Shown in pieces: positions 25,833 through 38,216 of a stretch of DNA of 64,000 bases. This stretch comes from Gekko japonicus (taxonomy: Eukaryota), in NCBI RefSeq assembly GCF_001447785.1, contig NW_015161972.1, positions 162,030 through 226,029 on the forward strand. Reading direction: 5' to 3'. The notes beneath the pieces are model-generated. The model was not told the DNA's origin. It ran no database searches and saw nothing but the letters and a program-made list of their open reading frames with translations. Both the position numbers and the translations under genes were made by a program. Position 1 is the first letter of the stretch. Every line of letters starts with the position of its first letter.

Positions 25833-26976
25833 CAATTGTGGCAAAGGTCCTGTTCCATATGCGTTGGTTGTGGTCTTCCAGTGTGTGTTTTAGTATTCTC
25901 AATTTTTATTCATTTGTTTAAATATTTAAACCCCGCCTTTCCTTGTGGTCCAAGGCAGCTTACAAAAATAGTTTTAAAACATTTCCAGTTAAAAACCAAA
26001 ATAAAACAACCTTACATTTCTCCCTCTGTCTGTTCTGAGTCTAAAGCAATAAAGAGACTTGTTATTGAAGGTACCAGAGTCTTCTGTGTGCTGGCTATTG
26101 AGTATGACTGAAGGGTGATCTGATAGGTGAGCTTACCTCTATCCACCATGCCTCAGAGGATACTGCAAGCAGGAACCACCAATCTCAGTCACAGTAGCAG
26201 CATCACAATAACCCGTTGCACAACACAACACTGTGTAAAAATAATATAACATCTGGATGCTCAGTGAGATTCATGTATATCTGCACAGCTGTTCTAATGG
26301 AATTGCAAGGGGCAAATAGAATACCTGGATAATTTGTCTCATTCTCCTAGCAGAGGATACCACAGTAACTTTACACACACACATACCCACATGTATATGA
26401 GTCACTCAGATATGCCTTCATAAGGATGTGTATTTATAGCAGGGGTCCCTGACATGGGGGCCATGGATACTACGGCTCTCACTAACATCTTTCCTGGTGC
26501 CCAGCTAGTGTCTGGTTTCTCTCCAACACTTTTCCTTCCACAAGTTTTCTCTGCAAAAGATTAAGTAGCTCAGCTCAGCTCAAAGAAATAGACTTTTAAG
26601 TTTCATGTCTTTTGACATAAGCTTCGTGTTAATTTAAAAGAACTCAGTGATGTTGCAATGAGGTGATCGTTTCATGATTTAGGAACGAAAATTAGATGAT
26701 TCAGGATTCTGTTCCCTGGTTCAGTAATAGAGATGGAACATCCTTTGCCTGAGATCTGGAAAAAATATCTTTATGAGTGAAGGAAAGGACTCCCTGTTCC
26801 TTCTGCTTGGTCTTCTCAGGAGGTTGAAAGAACTCCATGGCGACCCCAAGATCCCACACAGTGACACATTAACCTGGAAGTAATTTGGATCTTCCTGCCC
26901 CAAAAGGAAGAGTTTACTTTCTAGCCTTTTGGCTTTTAGTATCTCTGTGTAACCTGGTAGTAAGGTGTGAATTAGG

Positions 26977-29900
26977 TGTTATATACTAAGATAATTATCC
27001 TGTCCCCATCATCAGCCACGTCTTGGCCTCCTTGGCAGGTGCCAAGATCTTTGGGAAGCTAGATTGGGCACAGGCGTACCAACAGCTCCCCATGGATGAT
27101 GTCACCGCTGAGGCGCAAAACATAGTGACACATAGGGATGCATTCCGGGTGTGGAGGCTGCAGTTTGGGGTCATCGTGGCCCAGGGGATCTTCCCAGAAC
27201 CTCATGGACTGTTTGCTTCCATGAGGTCCAGCCCTTCTTTGATGATGTTCTGATTGCGGCGGCCACAGCCAAGATCTTACGGAATGTCTGCGAGCTGTCC
27301 TACATTGCTTCAATGCAGCTGGGCTGAAGGTAAAGTGGGGAAAGTGCCTCCTGGGAGTCCCAAGGGTTTGCAGTCAATGCTCAGGGCATCCACCTTACGC
27401 CCGACAAGGTCCGTGCCATCGTGGATGCACCTACACCCTCTTCTAAGGCAGAACTGCAGGCTTTCCTGGGCCTGCTGAATTTTTACCACTCATTCCTGCC
27501 GCACAAGGTAGCCGTCGCCGAGCCCCTGCACCACCTTCTTGACAAGCATGCCCCGTGGGTCTGGGGCCCAAAGCACATGTTCCAGGCAGTCAAGGAACTC
27601 CTGACCTCCAAAACGCCAGGCTTTGGTGCTTTAAAGATAGCCACATCTTCTCACAGCTCTGAGAGACGTGTGCCATGAATCCAAGGATAGAAGGAGGCGC
27701 AATCTCTTGCGCTCCCCATGGAGCCCTTGCGAAATGGGCTTCTAGCCAGTGGGCTTCTGGAGAGCCCTTCCTTCGGCCGACAGCCAATACAGGAGGGCTA
27801 CTCTCTGCCCCAAAGGTCCTGCCCTGATTCCCAGTATTGGACTCAAAGCACACGCCAGAACAAGCGTATGGAGGTTTGGTGATTTAACGCTGCCCAGCAA
27901 GATCCCAGGGAGACCTGCTGGATCATCCCAAAGACTGATAAGTGAAAGTTGAAGCAAGACATCGAAGCCCTGATGCAAAGCCCCCCCAATATAAGCAGGA
28001 GGGGGGAGGGGACGCCCTACCTCCTAAATGATCTAATGAAGCGGAAACACGACGGGGGGGGGACTGAGCATGCAGTGGCGTGGATTATAATAGAAAGAGT
28101 AGAGCAGAGAACTTTTTCAAAAATAAGAGTTTACAGACCTTTGAGACTTTGGCAACTTTGTTCGGTAAATATAAACATCCCCCCAAGATGGCGATCGGAG
28201 ACTTTGAGGAAGGCGGGACCCAAGCTTCCTTCAGGAAGAAGGAGATCATTTTTAGTTTAGTGTGGGTTATCTTTTCTTCCTCCCTAATTGTAGTCCTCCT
28301 ATCTCTATTTTTTTCTTGGTAGTTTATGTAGTATTATAAAAAAATAAAAAATCCCCTCCGGGGGCTTAAAAAAAAAAGGAAGAAGGATATCAGAGGGTTA
28401 GGTCAGGTGACCTAATCATAGACTCTTCCTACAGCTCAAAATCGCCTGCCCGCTGCTGGCTAAAGCGGTGTACTGGATGGAACCGGCTCTAAAAGTGGCT
28501 GTATTTTTAAAGGGACAGTGTCCACACCAAGAAGGAGCAAATCTTTGGTCACAGAGGAAATTAAGACTGTAAAAGCTAGCTTATCTTGGATGGTTGCAGG
28601 CAGACTAAAAAGCAATTTAGGAGCAAAGGGTTTGGCTACCCTTACTTCATAAAATCTACCTACAAAGTGAACGGTCGGATTCTCCGACTAGCATGTGCTG
28701 GAAGCAACAAAAGGAAGGACCTCTATGATCTAAGATAAGCAAGAAAGCAAATGAAAATCCTGGGGGGGGGGAGTGTATAGGGAGATGCCGAATTCTCTCA
28801 AGGTCTATATCCTTGTTAATTAGCTATGGAATTACTATCTGCCTAGCCTGATAAGCGAATTACGACAACTGAAGCGATGATTGATGATACTCCTCATGTC
28901 TGAAAATAATTGTTAAGAGTAATAAGTCTTTTCTTAAGCAATTTGTAACCTCCAACACTTGAGCTTTTAGTGCCTTCTTTTTTCTTTCTCCTTTAGTATG
29001 TAGTACTAAACTTACATGTGCTACTACAGGATTCGACACATCCGCTCAGCTCCCTTCCACCTGGCAATGAATGGTCAGGCAGAAAGGATGGTGAGGGCAA
29101 CCTAAGAGTCCCTGCGCCACATCGCACAAGGGGATTGGGACCACCAGATAGCAGCCTTTCTCTTCGGCCAAAGGATGACCCCGCACAGTTCCACCAGCTG
29201 CAGCCCAGCAGAATTATTGATGGGTAGGCGCCTCACAACTCAGCTGGATTGCCTACACCCAGATCAGGCCCCCGACCACACCTTGGCCCCAGAGTGCCAG
29301 GACGCCCCACCTGGGTTCTTCCCAGAGGACCCTGTGTATGCAAAGAACTTCTCTTGGGGTCCAGCGTGGATCCCGGCCAGGGTCGTGAGGGTGACAGGAC
29401 CTCTATCGTATGAGGTCTCTACAGAAGAGGGCCAGTTGCTCCTGAGGCACATGGACCAGCTCTGCAGGCATCTACTTCCCGTGGACCCAGCAGAAGGTAT
29501 AGACCCCAAAGAAAGTGACGAGGAGTTCCAGACCCCTGGGGAACAAGAGCCCGAGGGTGACATGCCGGCCCTCAGAGAGCAGCAGGTACCCAGCGTGCAA
29601 GTCCCCAAGAGAGCCAGCCAAGCACAGAACCCAACACCAAGCGAGGCCGTTCTGGGGCCTTCCCCGACCCCTTCACCTGAAAGGACAGTGGAAACCCCCA
29701 ATGCAAGGCAAGGGCCCTCAGTGCCACAGATGGAGCCGCACCGCTTGACTTGTGAGCAAAGATGACCGGCGTATCTCAGAGACTGTGTAAGCTAGGGCCT
29801 CCGGACTATGGGGGGAGGGGTGTTATATACTGAGATAATTATATCAGCGCTAACGAGGCCATGTGGCCAAACACACCTTCGGATGCTTGAACAATAGAGG

Positions 29901-30115
29901 AATCGGATCTTAGGGCAGACCAATTGGAGTGCCCGGATTCTAGAGTAGACCTGTGATGGACTCCTCCACTGTAAATAGCTTATCACTGGTGTTGGTGTGT
30001 GTGTTGGGTGTGGGGTACTGCAGGGCTCGGACTTCACTAGTTTGTCTTTCGTTTTGCTTGCTTAAAAAACCATGAGCTGATCACTACTCACTGCCTCCGA
30101 ACTCAGTACATTATA
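26977..30115 (+). mobile_element. Rearranged Ty3/Gypsy LTR retrotransposon
   Basis: A 5' LTR stub TGTTATATACTAAGATAATTAT matches the 3' LTR start at 29821. RT remnants (YPVP, FGKLDWAQAYQQL, RLQFG, FFDDVLI, ELQAFLGLLNFY) at ~26996-27610. Integrase remnant (HIRSAPFH..NGQAERMVR, TPH.....SPAELLMGRRL) at 29018-29765. Polypurine tract at 29810-29820. No clear TSD. Confidence 0.9.
29821..30115 (+). repeat. Gypsy 3' LTR
   Basis: Starts with TG right after the PPT. The end CTCAGTACATTATA approximates the inverse of TGTTATATACTGAG. Confidence 0.75.
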
Positions 30116-30669
30116 GTACCCATTGCCCTGCTTCAGCTAGTGCCATTAGTATAATCGGTATGCTCTGTGCTGGTAGCTTCATGGCTACTTTCCTCCACTT
30201 CCCTCTTCTTGCCAGCTATGGTTTGCAGCTGGGCTTCTGTACATAGACAGAGTGTGTTAGGCTCCCCTGGCCCCATGGTAGGCTCTCCACCCTCTGTTGT
30301 TTCCCTCCCCAGATGAAAGGATGGTGAAGAACGGGCCCTCACTTTGGCCTCAGAATTGGGGGAAAGGGGGTTCTGGCACCCGGGTCTTCTTCCTTCCCTG
30401 GTCTGACTCACTCTGGTCTCACCTCCCTCTACTTCCTTCTGGGAGCTCCACCTGGTGGGCTCTAAAAGGAAAAGAAAGCATCATCTGCCTCTTCCTCCTG
30501 CTGCCTGACTCCCTGCCTTGGTCCCTCCCCTTCCTGTTCAGGCCTGTCTCTTGCTGTCTCCCATCCTTATCTTTCCCAAGTCTGGGTTCAGCCTTGCCTT
30601 TTGGTCCATCACCACTGCTGCCTGGTTTCTGGCCTTATATTCACCTGGGTTGGAACGTTCTTCCTGGGT

Positions 30670-31270
30670 CCACTGTGGTGCATGCCCTGGTAACATCTAA
30701 ATTAGATAACTGTAATGCATACCATGTGAGGCTGCCTTAAAGACTGTCCAGAAGCTACAATTGGTACATAATTCTGTGGCGAGAGGGTCATAGGAAGCAT
30801 GCCACTCCAGTCTTGTTCCACCTGCACTGGCTTTCAGTTTGCTTCTGGGCTCAATTCAAGTTGCTGGTATTGACGCTGAAAGCCATGTGTGTCCTGGGAC
30901 CAATATACCTAAGGTCTGCCTTCTTCTGTATGAACCTACCAGCTCATCCCAGTTATCCTTCAAAGTCCTGCTTGGGTTGCCCCAAACAACTAAAGCTAGA
31001 TGGGTGGTAACCCAAGAAAGGGTCTTCTCCATCATAGCACCAAAACTGTGGAATTCCCTCCCCAGGCAGATTCATCTGTCTCCCACTGTCGTCTTTCACC
31101 AGCAGGCGAAGACTTTTTCATTTCATCGGCAATGTCCCCACTAGAGTTGTTTATGTGTTCTTAATTGAATTTTAAAATTTTAACCGTATTTTAATTGTTT
31201 AATTGTTTTAATGTTCACTGCCTTCTGGATCCTGATTGGGTGGAAAGGCAGCATAAAAATGTTTTAAATC
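30670..31270 (+). mobile_element. Degraded L2 LINE 3' fragment
   Basis: VVHALVTSKLDNCNA, LHWL.V....QFKLLVLT.KA and RVFSIIAPKLWNSLP across frameshifted ORFs, followed by an AT-rich 3'UTR. Confidence 0.85.
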
Positions 31271-31582
31271 ATCATCATCACAATGAATGCTATATTGGGG
31301 TGCATTCCTGGCTGGAGGGCATTTCTCTACAAGCAGGTTTAATGGGTCATTCCTAAGTGAAAAGGAGAGGAGTCACAGACAAAACAACACTATAGCTTTT
31401 TAACACAGGAAAAATCTCCTTGTATCTTTCTTTGAATTTCAACTCTTAGTATTATTGTACATCTGTTGTTCACTGTTGGTGTGCATTTACATTTAGCTTC
31501 ATCTCCAGTTTCCACAGTAGCATCCTCATGCTGGTTGCTTATTGCAGTTAGTCATACATTGTACAGAAAGGGGAAAAAATAG

Positions 31583-31706
31583 GTAGCTGTGGTAGTCCAT
31601 AGCAAAATCCCCTCCCCACAAAAAAAACACCCAAGTAATACCTTTCATTAAGACCAACTGAGTGTTTACAAGCTCTCCAGAACCCTTCATCAGGGTGGAT
31701 GTTAAA
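31583..31706 (-). mobile_element. Penelope-like terminal remnant
   Basis: GTAGCTGTGGTAGTC...AGTAATACCTTT.ATTAAGACCAAC...CCAGAACCCTTCATCAGG pattern. Confidence 0.45.
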
Positions 31707-33007
31707 AGGGGGCGGGGGGCGGGGAGGGTCAGATAATTTTAAGGCCTTCTGCATGCTCTGGTAACTGCATTCTGTGGAGGATGTTTTGCTGGGCATAGGG
31801 TATCAGCTGGTATCAGATTTTACCCAGAATATTCCAGGAGAACCCACCATGTAGGAATCTCTGTGGGCATGACCCAGCAGATTGAACCACTTTTGATTTC
31901 AAGGGATGCATTAAGGACTTAATACTGAGACCATATTAAGTACCGACTTAGAATAAATAAAAAATGGAAAGTGACTGTAAAACTGTTCAGAAAAGGCTTA
32001 GATTCATTTCTCTCTGTAAACCAAGCTTTATCTGGATGTGCTAACATTGTCTTTCAACATTAGAATTAATTCTATAAATCTAGCAAAATAAATTCTAGAC
32101 AGGATAGTGACGTCACCCCCTTGGTTCTCCCTATCGCCTTTAAATCCCCCTCTCTCTTTTTGTATTGAGAGCAGCCATCTGTTCCCCTTTGAACAACCAG
32201 GGAAGCAGCTGTGCGTGTTGTGCCCTTGATAACAAAAGGCTCCCCTTCATACCGAAGAGTAGCATGCTGGAGGTTGCCCGGAGTTCTAAGGATGCTCTGG
32301 GTCAACTGACACCTGATGCCGTGCAGCATAGAAACAGCACTAGGATTAAATGGCATCTGCGTTTCCCTTTGTACACTTCTTTTAGCAGCCAAGAAGATGG
32401 GGGGGGGGGGAATTGCAAACAAACAAACAAACATGTGTTTGAATAAAACTAGTGTTTAATTTGAATGCATAAAAGTGGCTGTTAAAAGCTACCTGTAGTT
32501 GCTAACCCTTCCAAATCCTCCAGCACATACAGTCCTAATATGTTGTGGAATCTCAGCACTGCAACCATTTGACTGTGGTATCGAAAGCAGAAACACTATG
32601 TAGAGATGTTAAGCGGAGCCACAGCAAATGTAGCCCCCCCCCCACACACACACACAACCTGGAGCACTGTTTTGTTCCACTGAGGAGTTATTTGGTTTCT
32701 TGGATTTTGTTGTGTGACATGACAGTTTCTATTTAAATAATAGGAGGCTGTTTTAAGAATAAGTTGGTTTGTTGGTTTTTAGAACACCCTTTAGCTATTA
32801 TGACTGTAGGCACTGCAGGGGCCTGAGGAGGGAAAGGTGGGACTAAAAGCATAAATCGGCAACATTTCATCCTCAAAGGCTGTATTCTTCTCAAACCTGA
32901 CATCGGTGTTCCCTTTTCTCCCCTCCCTACTTTGCAGTTTGTTTAGGGAAAATCTGAATTGACCTAGAAGTGAAGAAGGCTAGCTGAGGCCCTGAAATTA
33001 AGCGCTG

Positions 33008-33346
33008 AATGTAGGAGAAGCCATGCTGGATCAGGCCAATGGCCAACTCTTTGTGTCACACAGTGGCAAAAAAAACAGGTGTCATCAGGAGGTCCACCTG
33101 TGGGGCCAGCACTCCAGAAGCCCTCCCACTGTTGTCCCCCCCTAGGCACCAAGAATTCAGAGCATCACTTGCCCCAGACACTGTGGTCCATCTATATCTT
33201 GTGGCTAATAGTCACTGATGGACCTCTGCTCCATATGCTTATCTAATTCCCTTTTGAAGCTGTCCATGCTTGTAGCCGCCACCACTTCCTGTGGCAGTGA
33301 ATTCCATGTGTTCATTACTCTTTGGGTGAAGAACTACTTCCTTTTA
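33008..33346 (-). mobile_element. CR1 LINE 3' fragment
   Basis: Reverse complement of ~670-1010. ORF 33218 mirrors the antisense ORF 610..798. Confidence 0.9.
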
Positions 33347-36300
33347 TCTTTTTATCTGTTCTGGTATATTAGTGCTTTTAATTGTTCTGAAGTATCTGTA
33401 CAATTTATACCCAGATTCACATGCACAGTCCCTTCACTTACTTGCTTTTCCAGTCTCACATTTATGTCAGGCCACAGTCATTTTTCTTTGGGTTCAAACA
33501 GATTCCTTTATCTCCTATACTCCATTCTCAGGAAAATCTGTAAACGCATTCATGTGTTTTTGTTTCTCCTCCTGAAATTTGTACGGATTACATTCTTCCA
33601 TTTGCCATGGAGCAAACACACTCTCCTATTTGTTTTAAAAAGCATTCTTCATTTCAGATCTGCTGACAGAAGTAAACTGAAATCATGAGATCTGAAAATA
33701 TAGGACAGGGAGGATTTCAGCCCTGAGGAACCACAAGAATCATATTTTCTCAGCCTTTTTTCAAGCCACGGGACAAAACCCCAATTCTCAGTTATAAAAA
33801 AGGCACCCAGCAAGCCACATGGAACGTACTAATAGACCGCTGGATCCTGTGATATCCTATCCAAGTTTGTCTGTAACAGAAAGTTATTCATTATGTAGCA
33901 CATTCAGAAGTCGGTTACTTTATGTAAATCCATTTTCTTTGGCTTGTGACCTTAAAAATTCACTCCCCCTAAGCTACCTTGCTTGAAGGGGAATTCTCAT
34001 GGCACTATTTGTTATTAGTTCCAGAGAATGCCAGAACAGGCTTTCCATTCTGGCAGCTCTGCCTAAAGTTGCTTATACAATACTTTCAGAGGTCAGCAGA
34101 TGCTGAAAAGCGGTTGGTGGCTCAGAACGTAACTGCTATTTATGTCTGACTCTGTGATTTCTGGGAAATGTCTCAGAAAATGATCGCCCTCCTCATTTGG
34201 TCATAATCCCACAGAGACTGGATCATATGTGCTCTCAACGGCATTAACTTCGGCACGCCAAGTTTGAAAGGAGTCTGGAGAATTTAGCAGGAGAGCTGGT
34301 TTGAGACTCCTCTTGAAGGAAATTTAACCCTCACTAAACAGTGTACCAAAATAACTCAGAGCCCTGAAAAGGGGCTGGGGAGCCAACATTCAGATTTTCC
34401 TCCCCCAAAGTATCCCGTGGGTGTCTGTTTAATCCCACTCTCCTTCATGAAGTTCAGGGTGATGTACATGGTTCTTCCTTCCATTTTATCTTCACAAGAG
34501 CCCTTTGAGGTAGGTCAGGCTAAGGAACAGTGTCACCCAGTGAGGTTCTTGGCAGAGTGGCAATTAGAACATAGGTCTCCCCAAGGCCTAGTCTGACTTA
34601 CTACACTGGCTGTTACAATTGCCACTTCTGTCAGACTCTGTACTACCTTTTGGTTGGCAGTTGGAAGAATCACAATTCACCTATCAAGAAGTTCAGGGCT
34701 GATCCCCAGCATACAGCAAATTACAGCATTAAAGAATAAAAATCTCAGCTGCGGAACTGCACATGTAACATTGAACTGCAACGGAAGGCGACTGCAGTTT
34801 TCAAAGCATGTGTCTTGCAATGTGACAGCACAAACTTTTGGATGTACTATGAGCCTTGGGAAACAGAAATGAGAATTACCTTGTGACCTATAAAATCGTT
34901 GGGGAGAGGAAGCTTGGCAAATGGTTCTGCTGCCTTTTAGTTCTGGTGCTGGGGGTATATTACAAAGCATGGGTTTGATCACCAAGGCCTTGAAACAATT
35001 AAGACAACACATTCTTTGTGTTCCAGTCTTTTTTTACCAATGAAATCCTAACATGTTTTAGAATGAAGTTTTCAGTAGCAACTAAAGCAGGTCTACTCAG
35101 AATCCTACTCAGATCTATGCAATGGAGCTAATTCCCAGGAAAGTGTTCTCAGGATTGCACTGTTAAGTTTACATCTGCAATGTAAACTGAATTTCGGTTC
35201 ATAAGATCATAGAGGTCCCCCCTCCATCTGTTTGGCCATCAGGAAGTGCTAGTACTAGAAATGGATTGGCTGGGTTTGGGAGGACTTGATAGTTTTCTCT
35301 CCGTGGTGAATCAGGGGCAGCAATCCAAGCTCAGGATCAAACTAGACAAGATGCTGGGAGATCCATGAATGAATTGCTCTCACCATGAATGGAACTTCCT
35401 CCCTCATTGTTTGAGAAATAGTTTTCATAGGAGCCTGCTGGAGAAAATGCACAGGCAACCTTACCTTACAGTGACCTGCATATTTTCCCCAGCTGGGCTT
35501 AGCAACCCTGGGAGGTAGACTGAAATTGTAAAAAAAAAGCATCACAAGCCAAAGAGGTAAGAAAGAAACCTAGTAGAAGGCCCATAGTTAAAACCTCATA
35601 TATATTTGTTATAAATAAAAATACATGTATTTATTCTGAGAAAAAATTAAAAGAACATATAAGGGCCCAATCAAAGCCTTATTACAGGGTACAAATAACA
35701 TACACACAAGGACCAATTATTGTGAAAAAGACAGCAGATGATCTTTTTAAAAGAAACCCTTCCCCTGCACAGCTGCCAAATCAGGTAGGCTGGTATTTAT
35801 TGGGGGGGGGAGCACAAGGCAGTCCGTTCACAAACCTCTCAGCACCTTGTCCGGTATGACCCTCAGTTTTGGCCAAGGTCTTTGTTTCCAACTTCCCCGG
35901 TTGCCTCCCACTAGAAAGGGGGTGGGAAGTTTGCCAGAAATAAATATATTCTGTAGTGGTTTTACACATGTAAGTTTTTACTCATTTGGGTAATGTGCAA
36001 TTCTATTCTGCCATAACTAATGTAATGTATAAAACTATTGCTAGTCATTGCCCTGTTTTGATGGCTGTAGGCATTTGCTCAAATACTATTTATTTATTAA
36101 TTAAAATATTTATACCCCACCTTTCTTTGTGGTTCAAGGTGGCTCATTGTAATCTGGGTCAGGGGAGTAAACTTTCCTGATAGAAGGTGGCTTGACTTTT
36201 TTGATCCACACATCTGAGCTGTGTTTACTGAGACTATGTTGTTTCCTCATATTCTCTTGTTTTATTTATGGTGGGGCGTTAACCTATGAATGGTCATATA

Positions 36301-36859
36301 ATCACAAATCCTTTTCAGACATTACAGCAATCTGTACTAGGAGCCAATCATATATGTGGTCACATTTCATGTGAATAGAGTAATGAGTGGATTTTCCATG
36401 CACATACAGCTTTGGCCCACATGAAGAAGCTTGGAGAGAAACACCAGCGATCACTTACCAAGAGCTGTGGTTGCTGCCCGGGCAGAAGAGAGGCCAAGGA
36501 GATGTTGCCGCCCCTGGGCACATGGCCAGATGCATTTAGGGCAGGTGCCAGTGGCTACTGAGAGGGCTGGGTACCCACATCAGCAGGGGGGCAGCCAAGT
36601 AATTGCAGGAATTTTGGTGGGCTTTGATGTGGCGGTGACATTGAACCTCACAAACAAATTTAAATGGCGCCACCCTGTGCTTCCCAGCCTGATTTTTCAG
36701 CTCATATTCTTAGTTGCCAGCTTGCGCCCAGAGACATAGGAGAGTGAATGCTTGCTGGGGTGCTATTTGGGGTTCCAAGCTACCGAATGCTAACCGGATT
36801 TTGAAGGAAACACCCCCCCCCCCCCGTTTAGGCTAGCTTAAAACAAAAGAACCCCCCCC

Positions 36860-37325
36860 CCCCGGTATTCACTTGACTAAAGAAATCCATGAGCGCATAT
36901 TCAACGGATATTATGTTGATGTGTTTGCTTTGCTAAAACCAGACAAGGATGAAAGGAAGTATGGGCCCCATTCCGAAAAAGGTAACTCTGAGGTTGCTGT
37001 GGAACACAACTTCATAAATTGGATGTCAGGTTATGCTATTTTTATGGGGGTCGTCCTGTCAACCTGTCCCAAGTGTGCTTGGCATTTGGTCAACCACATG
37101 TCAAATTTTTTCAAAGGCCAGACTATGGCCAGTGAAACCACAGCAATACAGTATGATGAGGCTTTTTGCAAAAGAGCCTCTCATAGTGAGGTATCTAGGT
37201 GGGACCTCATTAATGACAACATTTGGTTGGTTAAAGTTGGTCTTCACATGAGGTCCAGGCCTGGTCCGGCCAAGCCCAGGGTGGGATTTAAGCAGGATAC
37301 TTCTTGGCGGGTTTGCTGGGAGAGA
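36860..37325 (+). mobile_element. DIRS/Ngaro-type retrotransposon ORF1 (gag-like) remnant
   Basis: ORF 36873..37436 reads HLTKEIHERI..GYYVDVFALL, NF.NW..GYAIF..V....P, YDEAF.KRAS.....RWDLIN..IWL, then VCW, the pattern of YR-retrotransposon ORF1. Confidence 0.7.
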
Positions 37326-37512
37326 AGCATACATGTGGAAAAGCCACATGTCCTAGTCACACAAAATATTGGGAGCATCATGAATAGCCCGTGCTCTCTT
37401 TGGTTGGCTCCCAGTACATGTGGTTGTAATGTCTGAAATGGACTAGTGACTCTTACCGGTTTGTTTACACCCAGATACCTGGATAGGAGATACAGAAACA
37501 TCTGCATAGTAA

Positions 37513-37667
37513 GGATTGAGTCCAGACTAAATTGAACATTTCTATCAATTCCTCCTGCCCTCTACAGATTCCCCTCCTCTACAGATGGAGATCAGTGGGC
37601 TGCAGTGGAAGAGGGGAGGGGGAACAGTTTCATTTTGAGGCTAGAAAATTTAGTCTGGATCCAATCT
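37513..37667. mobile_element. PIF/Harbinger-like MITE
   Basis: GGATTGAGTCCAGACTAAATT / AATTTAGTCTGGATCCAATCT inverted ends with a TAA TSD. A related copy lies at 45660-45848. Confidence 0.7.
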
Positions 37668-38216
37668 TAACCCATGTATCATGACTTCAGAGTATAAGGA
37701 CAGGCCATAGTAATAAGAAAAATCTTAATCTTAAAGTTGTGCAAATGCCTTCTTTTATTTCATATATTTCCCACCTCCCTGTGTTTACTTTTTGTTGTTT
37801 CGGTTCCCTTCTTGAGGAATAGCCTGGAATATCTGCAACATGTAACATAGCCTTGGGCATCCTGGCTAGGTGAGAATAGGGTTGATCTGTGTTGGCATTA
37901 TTCAGACATAACAGCTAACTACAATTTGCAGCTACATGAAGAAGTTTGTGGGCCTTCTTGGTCTCTCATGGCCTTTCCCCCCATATGGCAAAATTATTAC
38001 TGAAAACATAGTTTCAAACTAGGATTCCAAACCACAGTAAAAACTGACTCATTTGTATAGCAGCAAACTATGGTCTAAACCATGCCATTGTCTTCCAAAC
38101 CACTGACTTTCAAGTCAGAATCCACATTATTTATCTAGCATGCAGTAGAAACAAGGGGGGAGATCCCACCACTTAACCACTCTTTTGCCTACTTGATAAA
38201 GTGGTTGGGGTATACT

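Noticed and set aside
28876-28903. C/D box snoRNA-like TGATGA...CTGA
   Set aside because: The boxes are only about 12 nt apart and there is no terminal stem.
29175-29765. 196-aa Pro/Glu-rich ORF as a host gene
   Set aside because: It is the Gypsy integrase C-terminal region, directly upstream of the PPT and LTR.
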